Shown here one piece after another: positions 1 through 7,878 of a stretch of DNA of 41,405 bases. The notes under the pieces are model-generated. The model saw only the letters and a list, made by a program, of their open reading frames with translations, made no database searches and was not told where the DNA came from. This DNA is from an uncultured Lachnospiraceae bacterium (GTDB lineage: Bacteria; Bacillota; Clostridia; Lachnospirales; Lachnospiraceae). The stretch is from NCBI GenBank assembly GCA_964468385.1, contig CAYXUB010000001.1, positions 1 to 41,405 of the forward strand, in the 5' to 3' direction. Position 1 is the first letter of the stretch; the number at the start of each line of letters is the position of its first letter. The position numbers and the translations under genes are program-made.

Positions 1-57
1 AACCGTCACGGCGAAGCCGCCTACAAAGCAATAGGGTTTTGTGTAATATTTTTGTAT

Positions 58-413
58 TGGACCTGGCGGGAATCGAACCCGCGTCCGAAAGCCTATTCAT
101 TCGGGCTTCTCCCATCACAGTCATTTTATTAAATTCCTTTAAAATATGCCAAATGACAGGCTAAATTTTAAAGTAGCTTCATGAAATCTTTTTCGTCCTC
201 AAAGCTTTAGACGAAAAGTTCCCCGCCGGTATGATAATGCCGTGCAAAAAGCCGCGGGACGCCTTCGGCACGACAGCGCAGCCATCAGGCTGCCAATGCA
301 AATTCGCTATTATTGTCTGCGTTTATATTTAAGTTTCAGGTTGATAACGCGGTCCCGAAAGCCGCGGATGGCTTCCCAAACTTCAAAACCCCCGTCGAAA
401 CCGGTACAGGCCC
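58..413 (-). ncRNA. ssrA: tmRNA (transfer-messenger RNA), one-piece
   Basis: On the minus strand the 5' end reads GGGCCTGTACCGGTTTCGACGGGGG (rc of 389-413). The 3' end reads GGGTTCGATTCCCGCCAGGTCCA (rc of 58-80). Together they form a tRNA-Ala-like acceptor stem with a G3:U pair plus a T-arm; CCA is not encoded. The internal tag reading frame (rc of 285-320) is GCA GAC AAT AAT AGC GAA TTT GCA TTG GCA GCC TGA = ADNNSEFALAA-stop. The gene lies immediately downstream of smpB. Confidence 0.9.
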
Positions 414-454
414 GGGATTAAAAAGTTTTGAACACAGATGCGAATCACTTTTTA

Positions 455-925
455 CTAATATAGATTTTTAACTTTAAAATTTCTTTCGGCCTCACGTCTC
501 ATGTCTTTTTTTGCGATATCGTTACGCTTGTCGTAGAGTTTTTTACCTCGTGCAAGACCTATTTCGATTTTAACGAGCGAATCTTTAAGATAAACTTTAG
601 TGGGAACGATGGTATATCCTTTTTCAGCGACCTTTCCCGTGAGTTTTTTTATCTCGTATTTATGTAAAAGGAGTTTTCGAGGCCTGAGAGGATCCCTGTT
701 AAAGATATTTCCTTTCTCATAGGGACTTATGTGCATACCATATATATAGACCTCGTTTTTTTCTATCCTTACAAAGGCCTCTTTTACGGAACACTTTCCC
801 ATTCTTAGGGATTTGACTTCGGTTCCTACAAGTGCGACACCTGCCTCATAGGTCTCGTTTATGAAGTAATCATGATAAGCCTTTTTATTATTAGCTACGA
901 GCTTTACGCTCTCATGCCCTGACAT
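455..925 (-). CDS. smpB: SsrA-binding protein SmpB
   Basis: 156-aa ORF with the typical SmpB sequence (KKAYHDYFI...GTEVKSLR...LLLHK.EI). It is adjacent to ssrA. Confidence 0.97.
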   Translation of the reverse strand: MSGHESVKLVANNKKAYHDYFINETYEAGVALVGTEVKSLRMGKCSVKEAFVRIEKNEVYIYGMHISPYEKGNIFNRDPLRPRKLLLHKYEIKKLTGKVAEKGYTIVPTKVYLKDSLVKIEIGLARGKKLYDKRNDIAKKDMRREAERNFKVKNLY

Positions 926-972
926 TCTTCTCCTTTCGCAAAACTGTGTGAAGACATATGGCTCGGTTTTCT

Positions 973-1008
973 ATAAAAATAAACTGCCATATAAAGATAC
1001 AGCAGTTT
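973..1008 (-). terminator. Probable intrinsic terminator after secG
   Basis: Minus-strand hairpin with stem AAACTGC / GCAGTTT (981-987 pairs with 1002-1008) plus an inner 3-bp extension, followed by ATTTTTAT. Confidence 0.4.
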
Positions 1009-1031
1009 AAAAGGGAGCTAATATAATTTCA

Positions 1032-1277
1032 TTAGAAACTCATATTGAGGATTATTGAAAGAGCAAAGAAGATAACTGTAAAAATCTTTGTTAATTTTTT
1101 CTGGGTTTCTTCTTGAGAACGTCCTTTGTTTTTGCCCCAGTAGGTATCGTTTGTTTGCAAAGTTCCTGCGAGAGCTCCAAGTCCTTGCCCTTTAGCCTGC
1201 TGCATTAATACGACTATAATAATCGCTATGCAATCTATAGCAAGTATTATACTAAGTATAGTTTTTAAGATTTCCAT
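1032..1277 (-). CDS. secG: Preprotein translocase subunit SecG
   Basis: The 81-aa form starts at MEILKTIL (ATG at 1277), preceded by AGGAGGA. It has two TM segments flanking a Gly-rich loop (QQAKGQGLGALAGT), as in SecG. The longer form in the ORF track (to 1334) lacks an RBS. Confidence 0.85.
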   Translation of the reverse strand: MEILKTILSIILAIDCIAIIIVVLMQQAKGQGLGALAGTLQTNDTYWGKNKGRSQEETQKKLTKIFTVIFFALSIILNMSF

Positions 1278-1364
1278 ACTTTTCCTCCTGTAGTCGCTGT
1301 CAATGATTCTAACATAGCATAAACTCCATTGCAAGTTTTTATTTTTTTGCTTTCTTAATCCTTC

Positions 1365-2438
1365 TTAATCTCCGAAACAGATCCCTATCTGCTTTGCCTC
1401 TTGAATTATTTGGGAGTCCGGATTGACAAATTTGATTTTCCCGCTTACTTCTGTAAGAGGAACTTTAGTTATCTTACCGTTTACCATTCCAATCATAAAG
1501 CCGTACTCCTCTTTGAGTATGAATTTTGACGCCGCGGCTCCAAGTTCGGTGCAGAGCACCCTGTCATATGGGCATGGACTTCCACCCCTTTGCATATGAC
1601 CGGGGACTGTTACTCTTACTTCATTTCCTGTAAGTTCTTCTATCTGAGAAGCTATTTCAAATGAAACGGACGGGAATTTATAGGCCTTAAGTTTTTCTTT
1701 GAGTTGCTTCTTTGAAAGTGTTGCATCATCTTTGGATATGGCTCCCTCTGCAACTGCAAGTATAGTAAATCCCTTGCCTGCTTTCGAGCGCCTGTCTATT
1801 GCCTCTACTACTTTTTTAATATCGTATGGAATCTCGGGGATAAGGATTATATCTGCGCCTCCCGCTATACCTGCATGCAGCGTTAGCCAGCCGACATGAT
1901 GACCCATAATTTCGACAATAAAGACCCTGTTGTGAGACGCAGCCGTCGTATGGATGCAGTCGATAGCTTCCGTTGCTATGATGAGCGCGCTTTGGAAACC
2001 AAAAGTTATATCGGTACCGTATATATCATTGTCAATGGTTTTCGGCAGATGTATAACGTTTAATCCCTCTTCCCTTAAAAGATTAGCGGTTTTTTGAGTG
2101 CCGTTTCCGCCTAATATTACCAAGCAGTCCAAATTCAACTTATAGTAGTTTTGCTTCATAGCCTCTACTTTATTTATTCCGTCTTCGCCTATGACCCTCA
2201 TTTGCTTGAACGGTTGGCGGGAAGTGCCGAGTATAGTACCGCCCTTGGTTAGTATACCCGAAAAATCTTCGGAAGTTAAAAGCCTGAAGTCACTGTATAT
2301 AAGGCCTTTGTAACCGTCTTTAAATCCATATATTTCCAATTTGTCAAGCCTGTTTGCAAGTCCTTTTACGACCCCGCGCATTGCCGCATTTAATGCTTGA
2401 CAATCTCCGCCGCTCGTTAGTAATCCTACTCTTTTCAT
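1365..2438 (-). CDS. pfkA: 6-phosphofructokinase (ATP- or PPi-dependent PFK family)
   Basis: 357 aa. N-terminal GLLTSGGDCQALNAA, ILGGNGT, PKTIDND and MGHHVG motifs of the PFK-A family. Confidence 0.92.
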   Translation of the reverse strand: MKRVGLLTSGGDCQALNAAMRGVVKGLANRLDKLEIYGFKDGYKGLIYSDFRLLTSEDFSGILTKGGTILGTSRQPFKQMRVIGEDGINKVEAMKQNYYKLNLDCLVILGGNGTQKTANLLREEGLNVIHLPKTIDNDIYGTDITFGFQSALIIATEAIDCIHTTAASHNRVFIVEIMGHHVGWLTLHAGIAGGADIILIPEIPYDIKKVVEAIDRRSKAGKGFTILAVAEGAISKDDATLSKKQLKEKLKAYKFPSVSFEIASQIEELTGNEVRVTVPGHMQRGGSPCPYDRVLCTELGAAASKFILKEEYGFMIGMVNGKITKVPLTEVSGKIKFVNPDSQIIQEAKQIGICFGD

Positions 2439-2501
2439 ACTATAGTCTTTTCCTTCTTTTTCTAATCAGTCATATTATTTAAACTCTTAGACTGCTTATG
2501 T

Positions 2502-2531
2502 ATTATAAAACCAAGTTGTGCATTTTGACAA
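2502..2531 (-). promoter_or_regulatory. Putative sigma-A promoter for pfkA
   Basis: Minus strand: TTGTCA (rc of 2526-2531), 18-nt spacer, TATAAT (rc of 2502-2507), about 65 nt upstream of the pfkA ATG. Confidence 0.4.
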
Positions 2532-2553
2532 TACATCGGTGTTTGCATAAAAT
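2525..2553 (+). promoter_or_regulatory. Putative sigma-A promoter, plus strand, sharing its -35 region with the pfkA promoter
   Basis: TTGACA (2525-2530), 17-nt spacer, TAAAAT (2548-2553). The next plus-strand gene starts at 2826, which implies a leader of about 265 nt or a separate transcript. Confidence 0.4.
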
Positions 2554-2678
2554 AGATTAGCAAAATACACGGCGATTTAAAATGGGCGTGAAGCGATACT
2601 CAAGCAGCCCAAGAATGCGAATGTTTTCAAAGCGACTGCGCTAATAAGAAACGCAGAAAAATTAAATGTTTTAAACAG

Positions 2679-2725
2679 GCAAATAATAGCGATACGAGAA
2701 ATGCAAATAATAGCGATACGAGAAA
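2679..2725. repeat. Perfect tandem direct repeat, two copies of GCAAATAATAGCGATACGAGAAA with a 24-bp period
   Basis: Read directly: 2679-2701 and 2703-2725 are identical 23-mers. They end 4 nt before a TTGACT hexamer (2730-2735). Confidence 0.9.
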
Positions 2726-2825
2726 AAAGTTGACTTTCAATAATATAAATGACAAAATTACTTTGCGTGCTCGGAGGGTTTAATGAGCCCATGGCAACGG
2801 ACGTAGCATTTAATGGAGAAAAAGG

Positions 2826-3389
2826 ATGAAGAACAGAACGATTATTGTCGTATGCGGTATATTTTGCTTAGGACTTGCACTATTTTCGGGTTGCAGCTTG
2901 TCATCTGATTCGAATTCGGGAGATACCTTGTATTCTCAAAATGTAAGCGGTGATACGGTAAGTGCCGGAACGGTCTCGGCCTTATGTCCCGATGGCTGGA
3001 CGAGTATAGGCGCGCCTGACATGACTTCGAGTGACTCTTCTGCAACGGCTGATAACGAGATTAGGTTTGTAAAAGGTGGTTCGAGCGAGGAAGATATACT
3101 CACAAATGCTTACATAGACATAATATATTATGCCGAGGGAAGCGAAATAATGGAGATAGATCCTACCGAATGGTATGACAACGTAGAAGAAATAGAAGAA
3201 TTTACAACAGGGAACTATACTTGGGCAGGATATTCTGCACAAAGCCTCGGTGTACCGTTCGTATATATGAGATGTGAAACAGATGGAAATACCCTCGAGG
3301 TATATCTCTATACGCGCGAGGGCTCTGAAAATTCCGCTTCTATAACAGATGAGGACGTCCTTTCGATATTGGAGAGCATAACATTTTAA
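2826..3389 (+). CDS. Hypothetical lipoprotein
   Basis: 187 aa. Signal peptide ending in the lipobox LFSGC, then a Ser/Asp-rich linker. GGAG RBS upstream. No family recognised. Confidence 0.75.
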   Translation: MKNRTIIVVCGIFCLGLALFSGCSLSSDSNSGDTLYSQNVSGDTVSAGTVSALCPDGWTSIGAPDMTSSDSSATADNEIRFVKGGSSEEDILTNAYIDIIYYAEGSEIMEIDPTEWYDNVEEIEEFTTGNYTWAGYSAQSLGVPFVYMRCETDGNTLEVYLYTREGSENSASITDEDVLSILESITF

Positions 3390-3395
3390 ATAATT

Positions 3396-3869
3396 TCACA
3401 GTTCGCCGCGGCCTTTGCGAAGGAGCTGATCGAACTTGCTCTCTTTCTTCTTTTGTTCCTTTTTTTGCTTTTGTGTGAGTTCAAGGCTGCCTCTTAAACC
3501 CTTTACATCGGTTATATAAAGGCCGGCGACGGTAGCTTTGACCTCTTTCTTAAGTGGTATGATTTCAAAAACATTTGGATCGGCGATAAAGGTCATTATT
3601 CTCGGTCCGACTTTTGCCTTTACTATCGGAAATTTGCGCCAGCGCATGAGCTTGGGCATCTGTTCGTAGATCATTTGCGGAAGTCCCGATTCCTTTATCT
3701 TCATTTTTCGTTTATCTATAATAAGCATGCTAAACTGCTGCTTTGCCTGATCTATTTGTTCTTGCTGAGCATCAAGCTGCTTCTGCCTTTTTTTGCTGAT
3801 GAAATATAAGATCAATATAACCGCTGCGACGGCCGCCGCCACAATGATTAAAATCTGCCACCACTGCAT
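3396..3869 (-). CDS. Hypothetical single-pass membrane protein
   Basis: Start taken at MQWWQILIIVAAAV (ATG at 3869), which has a GGAGGT RBS 7 nt upstream. N-terminal TM helix, Gln-rich coiled segment and Lys-rich C-terminus. No family recognised. Confidence 0.7.
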   Translation of the reverse strand: MQWWQILIIVAAAVAAVILILYFISKKRQKQLDAQQEQIDQAKQQFSMLIIDKRKMKIKESGLPQMIYEQMPKLMRWRKFPIVKAKVGPRIMTFIADPNVFEIIPLKKEVKATVAGLYITDVKGLRGSLELTQKQKKEQKKKESKFDQLLRKGRGEL

Positions 3870-3898
3870 TTTTTTACCTCCGTTTGATTGACAAAGGT

Positions 3899-3927
3899 AT
3901 TCTATCATCGGATAAAAAAAAAGGCAA
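3899..3927 (-). promoter_or_regulatory. Putative promoter for 3396..3869
   Basis: Minus strand: TTGCCT (rc of 3922-3927), 17-nt spacer, TGA-TAGAAT extended -10 (rc of 3899-3907). Confidence 0.3.
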
Positions 3928-4044
3928 GACATAATGCCCGTCTTGATAAGGTGTGATTTTCTTGAATTTTGTTCTTACAAATAGTAAAGTAGACATTGAT
4001 TTATAATAGAAATATTAAAAAACAACCCTGTAGTTTTATGTTAT

Positions 4045-5172
4045 ATGAGCGAAATCAAAAAAAGTACAAAACCGAAAAAAAACAAAAAACGGCGCATATC
4101 CAAAAGAGAGCTGAAACGCAGATCTGAGTTGAAGAGAAAGCTGATCAGAACACTTCTTATTATCGCAGCTCTGATTGCGTTACTGATTATAGTGCTACAG
4201 ATTAAAAAGGAGATGGAAACGGAGATTGAAACAACTATTACCGAAGAAGTGAGTATGGACGAGCTTCGACATCTTTCCTTTGATATCCTCTCTATAGATG
4301 CAAGTGAAAGCAGAATGTCGGTAGAAGAGTTTGCTCAGGCGCTCCAAGAGCTGTATGATGCCGGATATGTGCTTGTAGACGTGTATGATATCGTAGAGCT
4401 GGGCGAAGATGGATCGTTTTCATATAAGCAGACGATAACGCTTCCGGAGGGGAAAATTCCCCTTTTGCTCACTCAAAGAGAGGTTTCATATCCTTTTAAC
4501 GCGCAGGAAATCGGAGTAGCTTCATCTCTGGTTCTTGAAAACGGCGAGATAAAGGCCCAGTATACGACTTCTGATGGACAAATCCTCGTCGGAGATTACG
4601 ATATAGTTCCGATACTTGAGACTTTTATTGCGCAATATCCGGATTTTTCTTATAACGGAGCGAGGGCGGTTCTGGGTGTAAGCGGCTACTGCGGCGTATT
4701 AGGTTATAGGACGAGCAGCTACCTTGAGAGCAGCGATGACAATCCTTACGCTGCTTATGGCCTTTTTGATATAGAGTCTGAAAGAGCTTCTGCAACGGAG
4801 ATAGTAAATGCGTTGACTGAGCTGGGATATCATTTCGCCAGCTATGGTTTTGCGGACGATATAAGCTATGGTGCGGAATATTCGATAGTAGAAAGCGATG
4901 CTTCACAATGGCAGTCCGAAGTTGCTGAGGTCGTCGGAGAAACAGATATACTGCTGCTTCCAAAGCAGACAGATATAGACAGCTGGAAGGGGTATTCCGA
5001 AGATGATGTTAAATACGCGCTTCTCTCAGGCCTCGGCTTTGATTTTTATTTCGTAGGAAATAACTCTTCGCCGTACATGCTTCAGGTGAGCGACGGATAT
5101 GTGCGCCAGACCGTATACGAGATAAACACGTATGATGATTTTACCGCGGCGCTTACGGCCGAAGCGGGTTAA
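4045..5172 (+). CDS. Hypothetical membrane-anchored extracytoplasmic protein
   Basis: 375 aa. Lys/Arg-rich N-terminal tail, one TM helix (LLIIAALIALLIIVL) and an acidic extracellular domain of about 310 aa. No clear SD. Family not confidently recognised. Confidence 0.7.
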   Translation: MSEIKKSTKPKKNKKRRISKRELKRRSELKRKLIRTLLIIAALIALLIIVLQIKKEMETEIETTITEEVSMDELRHLSFDILSIDASESRMSVEEFAQALQELYDAGYVLVDVYDIVELGEDGSFSYKQTITLPEGKIPLLLTQREVSYPFNAQEIGVASSLVLENGEIKAQYTTSDGQILVGDYDIVPILETFIAQYPDFSYNGARAVLGVSGYCGVLGYRTSSYLESSDDNPYAAYGLFDIESERASATEIVNALTELGYHFASYGFADDISYGAEYSIVESDASQWQSEVAEVVGETDILLLPKQTDIDSWKGYSEDDVKYALLSGLGFDFYFVGNNSSPYMLQVSDGYVRQTVYEINTYDDFTAALTAEAG

Positions 5173-5228
5173 AGAGCCTAAAAGAATTAAGGGATATTAT
5201 CAATATAAAAAAGGGAGATAAAAGAAAT

Positions 5229-6335
5229 ATGAAGAAAACAGTAAGCATGCTTGCTGCTGCGCTTATTTCGGTGCTGGCTGTAACGGGCTGCAGTTCGTCT
5301 GATTCTGAAGAAGAGGCGTTCCTGAGTTTGTTTGAAGATGCCGAATACGAGATAATAACAGGCGAGTATACGCTTGATGAATGTATTGAGCTGCCTGAAT
5401 ATTCGAGTATAGAGCTCACTAGGACCGTATATAATATAAGCGATGAATACATAGAAAGCTATATCAATTCATTAGCGGATACAGAGCCGGTCGATGATGA
5501 AAATGCCGTTGTTGAAGAAGGAGACATCGCAAACATCGCTTATGAAGGCACTATAGACGGAGAAACTTTCGATGGCGGCAGCAGTGATTCATATGATCTT
5601 ACTATAGGTTCCGGCCTTTTTATAGATGGATTTGAGGACGGGCTTATAGGGCTGAAGGCAGGAGAGGAGACGGATCTTGAGCTTGTCTTCCCTGAGGATT
5701 ATTATTATACGGACTATGCGGGCAAAGAGGTTGTATTTCATGTAACGATAAATTCTATTAGCAGGACGATCCCTCAGGACGATGCGTGGGTGAGTGAATA
5801 TACTGCCGGGGAATATGAAACCATGGAGGATTATCGTGAATATATGAAAGAGTATCTGGAGCAAATATATTCAGAGCAGTCCGAAAGCACGCTTTTATCT
5901 GAGGCATGGGAAGCTGTGGTTGACGGAACTGCTTTCTTGAAGATCCCTCAGTCTTATCTTGAAACCGGAAGTTCTATATATTATATTACCGTAGAGCAGG
6001 AAGCGGAGTTTTACGGCTATACGAGCGTTGAAGACTACCTTGACGCGATGGGAGTTTCCGATGAAGTCTATGATGCAAGCATGGCAGATTACTGTGATAG
6101 TTACGCTAAAGAACGGCTTATCGGGGAGACTATATTAAATATTGAGGGAATAGCCTTAGACGGCGAGGAGATAAACTCTTTTTATGAAGAGGTCGCGCAG
6201 GTTTACGGGATAAGCATAGATGAGCTTTTTGAACAGATAGATGAGAATATTCTCTATCTGTATGCCGTTTGTACCGTGGCTAATGATGTGATAGTAGAGT
6301 ACGCAAGCATTTCGGAAACGACAGAGATCATATGA
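5229..6335 (+). CDS. Trigger-factor-like FKBP-type peptidyl-prolyl isomerase with a lipoprotein signal peptide
   Basis: 368 aa. Lipobox LAVTGC at residues 17-21. Residues of about 95-180 (GDIANIAYEGTIDGETFDGGSS...IDGFEDGLIGLKAGEE...FPEDY...AGKEVVFHVTINSI) align closely with the trigger factor FKBP domain, followed by a TF-type helical C-terminal region. The TF ribosome-binding N-domain is absent. Confidence 0.85.
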   Translation: MKKTVSMLAAALISVLAVTGCSSSDSEEEAFLSLFEDAEYEIITGEYTLDECIELPEYSSIELTRTVYNISDEYIESYINSLADTEPVDDENAVVEEGDIANIAYEGTIDGETFDGGSSDSYDLTIGSGLFIDGFEDGLIGLKAGEETDLELVFPEDYYYTDYAGKEVVFHVTINSISRTIPQDDAWVSEYTAGEYETMEDYREYMKEYLEQIYSEQSESTLLSEAWEAVVDGTAFLKIPQSYLETGSSIYYITVEQEAEFYGYTSVEDYLDAMGVSDEVYDASMADYCDSYAKERLIGETILNIEGIALDGEEINSFYEEVAQVYGISIDELFEQIDENILYLYAVCTVANDVIVEYASISETTEII

Positions 6336-6336
6336 T

Positions 6337-7392
6337 ATGTATGAAACTATATTGAAAAAACATAGTATAGATGCGGCTATTATAATTGATCCGGTGAACA
6401 TGCGCTATGTCTCGGGTTTCTCCGGCGGGGAGGGAATAGTCTATATATCCAAACACCGGCATGTACTTATAACGGATTCCCGCTATACCGAGGCCGCGGA
6501 AGCTGAAAGTGCTTTTGAGCTTATAGAGGAAAAAGCAGAGCGAAAAAGGAGCGATATTTTGTCCGAACTTTTAGGGACAGACAATGCCTTTGCCGTGGGC
6601 TTTGAGGATAGGGCGCTTACCTGTGCCGAATTTAAAAAATTAAAAGAAAATCTGCGCCGGGTTGAAAGATGGGTCCCTCTTGAGGAGGACGTAGATGCTA
6701 TGCGCCTTATAAAGACAAAAGAAGAGCTGGAGCTTATGCAAAAAGCTTCGGAGATAGCAGATAAGGCCTTTGAGGAGCTTTGCGCCTTCGTTCAACCGGG
6801 GATGACGGAGCTTGACGGTGCTGCCGAGCTCGAATACAGGTTAAAAAAGGGCGGGGCAGACGGAGTGAGCTTCGATACTATTTTTGCGGCCGGGAAGAAT
6901 TCCTCGATGCCGCATGCCGTTCCCGGAGAATATAAACTGCAAAAAGGAGATCTGGTAACGGTGGATTTCGGCTGCAAATATAAAGGCTATTGCTCCGATA
7001 CGACGAGAACTTTTGCCATAGGATACGTTTCCGATAAGCAAAGAGATGTATACGAGATAGTTTTAAAAGCACATATGAATGCGCTTGAGGCCGTGAAAGA
7101 AGGAGAATCGGCGGCAAGGGTCGATGCGGCAGCCAGAGACATTATTAAAACGGCCGGTTACGGAGACTGCTTCGGCCACAGCACCGGACATGGCGTCGGA
7201 CTTTATATACATGAGGAACCGCGCTATTCTCCGAGTTCAAAGACAATTTTAAAGGCAGGTATGACCGGAACTATAGAGCCGGGTATTTACTTGCCTGGAG
7301 AGTTTGGAGTAAGGATTGAGGATATGATCGTAGTTACTAAGGACGGATGCAGGAGTTTTACAAGACTTAGCAAGGAGCTTATGATACTGTAA
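6337..7392 (+). CDS. Xaa-Pro aminopeptidase/dipeptidase (peptidase M24B)
   Basis: 351 aa. Creatinase-like N-domain plus M24 metal-ligand pattern (DFG...D...HSTGHGVGLYIHEEP...E...E). Confidence 0.9.
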   Translation: MYETILKKHSIDAAIIIDPVNMRYVSGFSGGEGIVYISKHRHVLITDSRYTEAAEAESAFELIEEKAERKRSDILSELLGTDNAFAVGFEDRALTCAEFKKLKENLRRVERWVPLEEDVDAMRLIKTKEELELMQKASEIADKAFEELCAFVQPGMTELDGAAELEYRLKKGGADGVSFDTIFAAGKNSSMPHAVPGEYKLQKGDLVTVDFGCKYKGYCSDTTRTFAIGYVSDKQRDVYEIVLKAHMNALEAVKEGESAARVDAAARDIIKTAGYGDCFGHSTGHGVGLYIHEEPRYSPSSKTILKAGMTGTIEPGIYLPGEFGVRIEDMIVVTKDGCRSFTRLSKELMIL

Positions 7393-7443
7393 AATTGCAC
7401 GATTGCCTTGAGTTTTACATTTGCACAATTGCTTTATAAAAGA

Positions 7444-7477
7444 GCCGTCAAGAAAAAACACTTGACAGCCTTTTTTT
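7444..7477 (+). terminator. Intrinsic terminator after the M24 peptidase gene
   Basis: Stem GCCGTCAAG (7444-7452) pairs with CTTGACAGC (7461-7469), 8 of 9 bp. Loop is AAAAAACA, followed by C and T7 (7471-7477). Confidence 0.55.
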
Positions 7478-7490
7478 ACGGTTGTAATAT
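7462..7490 (+). promoter_or_regulatory. Putative sigma-A promoter for ylxM-ffh
   Basis: TTGACA (7462-7467), 17-nt spacer, TAATAT (7485-7490). The -35 lies in the descending arm of the preceding terminator. Confidence 0.5.
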
Positions 7491-7505
7491 TGCAGTGGTG
7501 ATTTT

Positions 7506-7850
7506 ATGGAGAAGATCGTAGAACAGACACTTTTGTTTGATTTTTACGGAGAGCTGTTGACCGAACATCAGCAAAGGATATATAAGGATGCCGTCTTTAA
7601 CGACCTTTCGGCAAGTGAGATCGCAAAAAATGAGGGGATTAGCCGTCAAGGAGCTCATGACCTTATAAGGCGCTGCGATAAGATACTCAAAGGCTATGAA
7701 AGCCGTCTGAAACTTGTCGAAAAATTCCTTAGTATTAGGGAACACGCAAAGGCTATAAAAGCGCTTGCAAGGGACGGAAAAGGAGCTACCGAGGCAGAGA
7801 GATTCGCTGACATAGATACGAAAGCATCTGCGATACTTAATGAGCTTTGA
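7506..7850 (+). CDS. ylxM: YlxM/UPF0122 putative helix-turn-helix protein
   Basis: 114 aa. The sequence LLFDFYGELLTEHQQRIY...LSASEIA...ISRQGAHD is typical of YlxM. It holds the conserved position directly upstream of ffh. Confidence 0.9.
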   Translation: MEKIVEQTLLFDFYGELLTEHQQRIYKDAVFNDLSASEIAKNEGISRQGAHDLIRRCDKILKGYESRLKLVEKFLSIREHAKAIKALARDGKGATEAERFADIDTKASAILNEL

Positions 7851-7878
7851 TAAATAAAGCTTTAAACGAGGGAAAGTA

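Noticed and set aside
1-413. The ssrA 3' end as an attachment site for an integrated island.
   Set aside because: Only 57 nt lie beyond the tmRNA 3' end. There is no integrase and no duplicated copy of the tmRNA 3' segment elsewhere in the window.
1699-1899. A 66-aa plus-strand ORF inside pfkA. Other small ORFs in the track occur at 2842-3242, 4625-4963, 5153-5452 and 5589-5864.
   Set aside because: All are shadow ORFs antisense to, or out of frame with, well-supported genes. None has independent support.
2582-2644. A 20-codon basic ORF (MGVKRYSSSPRMRMFSKRLR) downstream of the plus-strand promoter.
   Set aside because: There is no Shine-Dalgarno sequence and no recognisable leader-peptide logic, such as a run of regulatory codons or an attenuator hairpin. 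It cannot be supported from sequence alone.
2679-2725. Whether the tandem repeat is a CRISPR array.
   Set aside because: There are only two abutting copies with a 1-nt gap, no spacers, no further repeats and no cas genes in the window.
2577-2792. A 71-aa minus-strand ORF in the pfkA/lipoprotein intergenic region.
   Set aside because: Its sequence is dominated by translation of the 23-nt tandem repeat (SRIAIIC twice). It has no RBS and runs through the predicted promoters. It is most likely non-coding.
2765-2825. Resemblance of CTCGGAGGG...GAGCCC...GGCAAC to the SAM-I riboswitch core.
   Set aside because: The segment is too short. It lacks the P1 stem, the AUCAAGAG region and the four-way junction arrangement, and the downstream gene is an unrelated lipoprotein.
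3914-3945. A hairpin (CAAGAC/GTCTTG) followed by T9 on the minus strand, which looks like an intrinsic terminator.
   Set aside because: No minus-strand gene lies upstream of it, because the neighbour at 4045 is divergent. The same bases fit a TTGCCT-17-TGaTAGAAT promoter for 3396-3869, so the T-run is more simply a promoter spacer.
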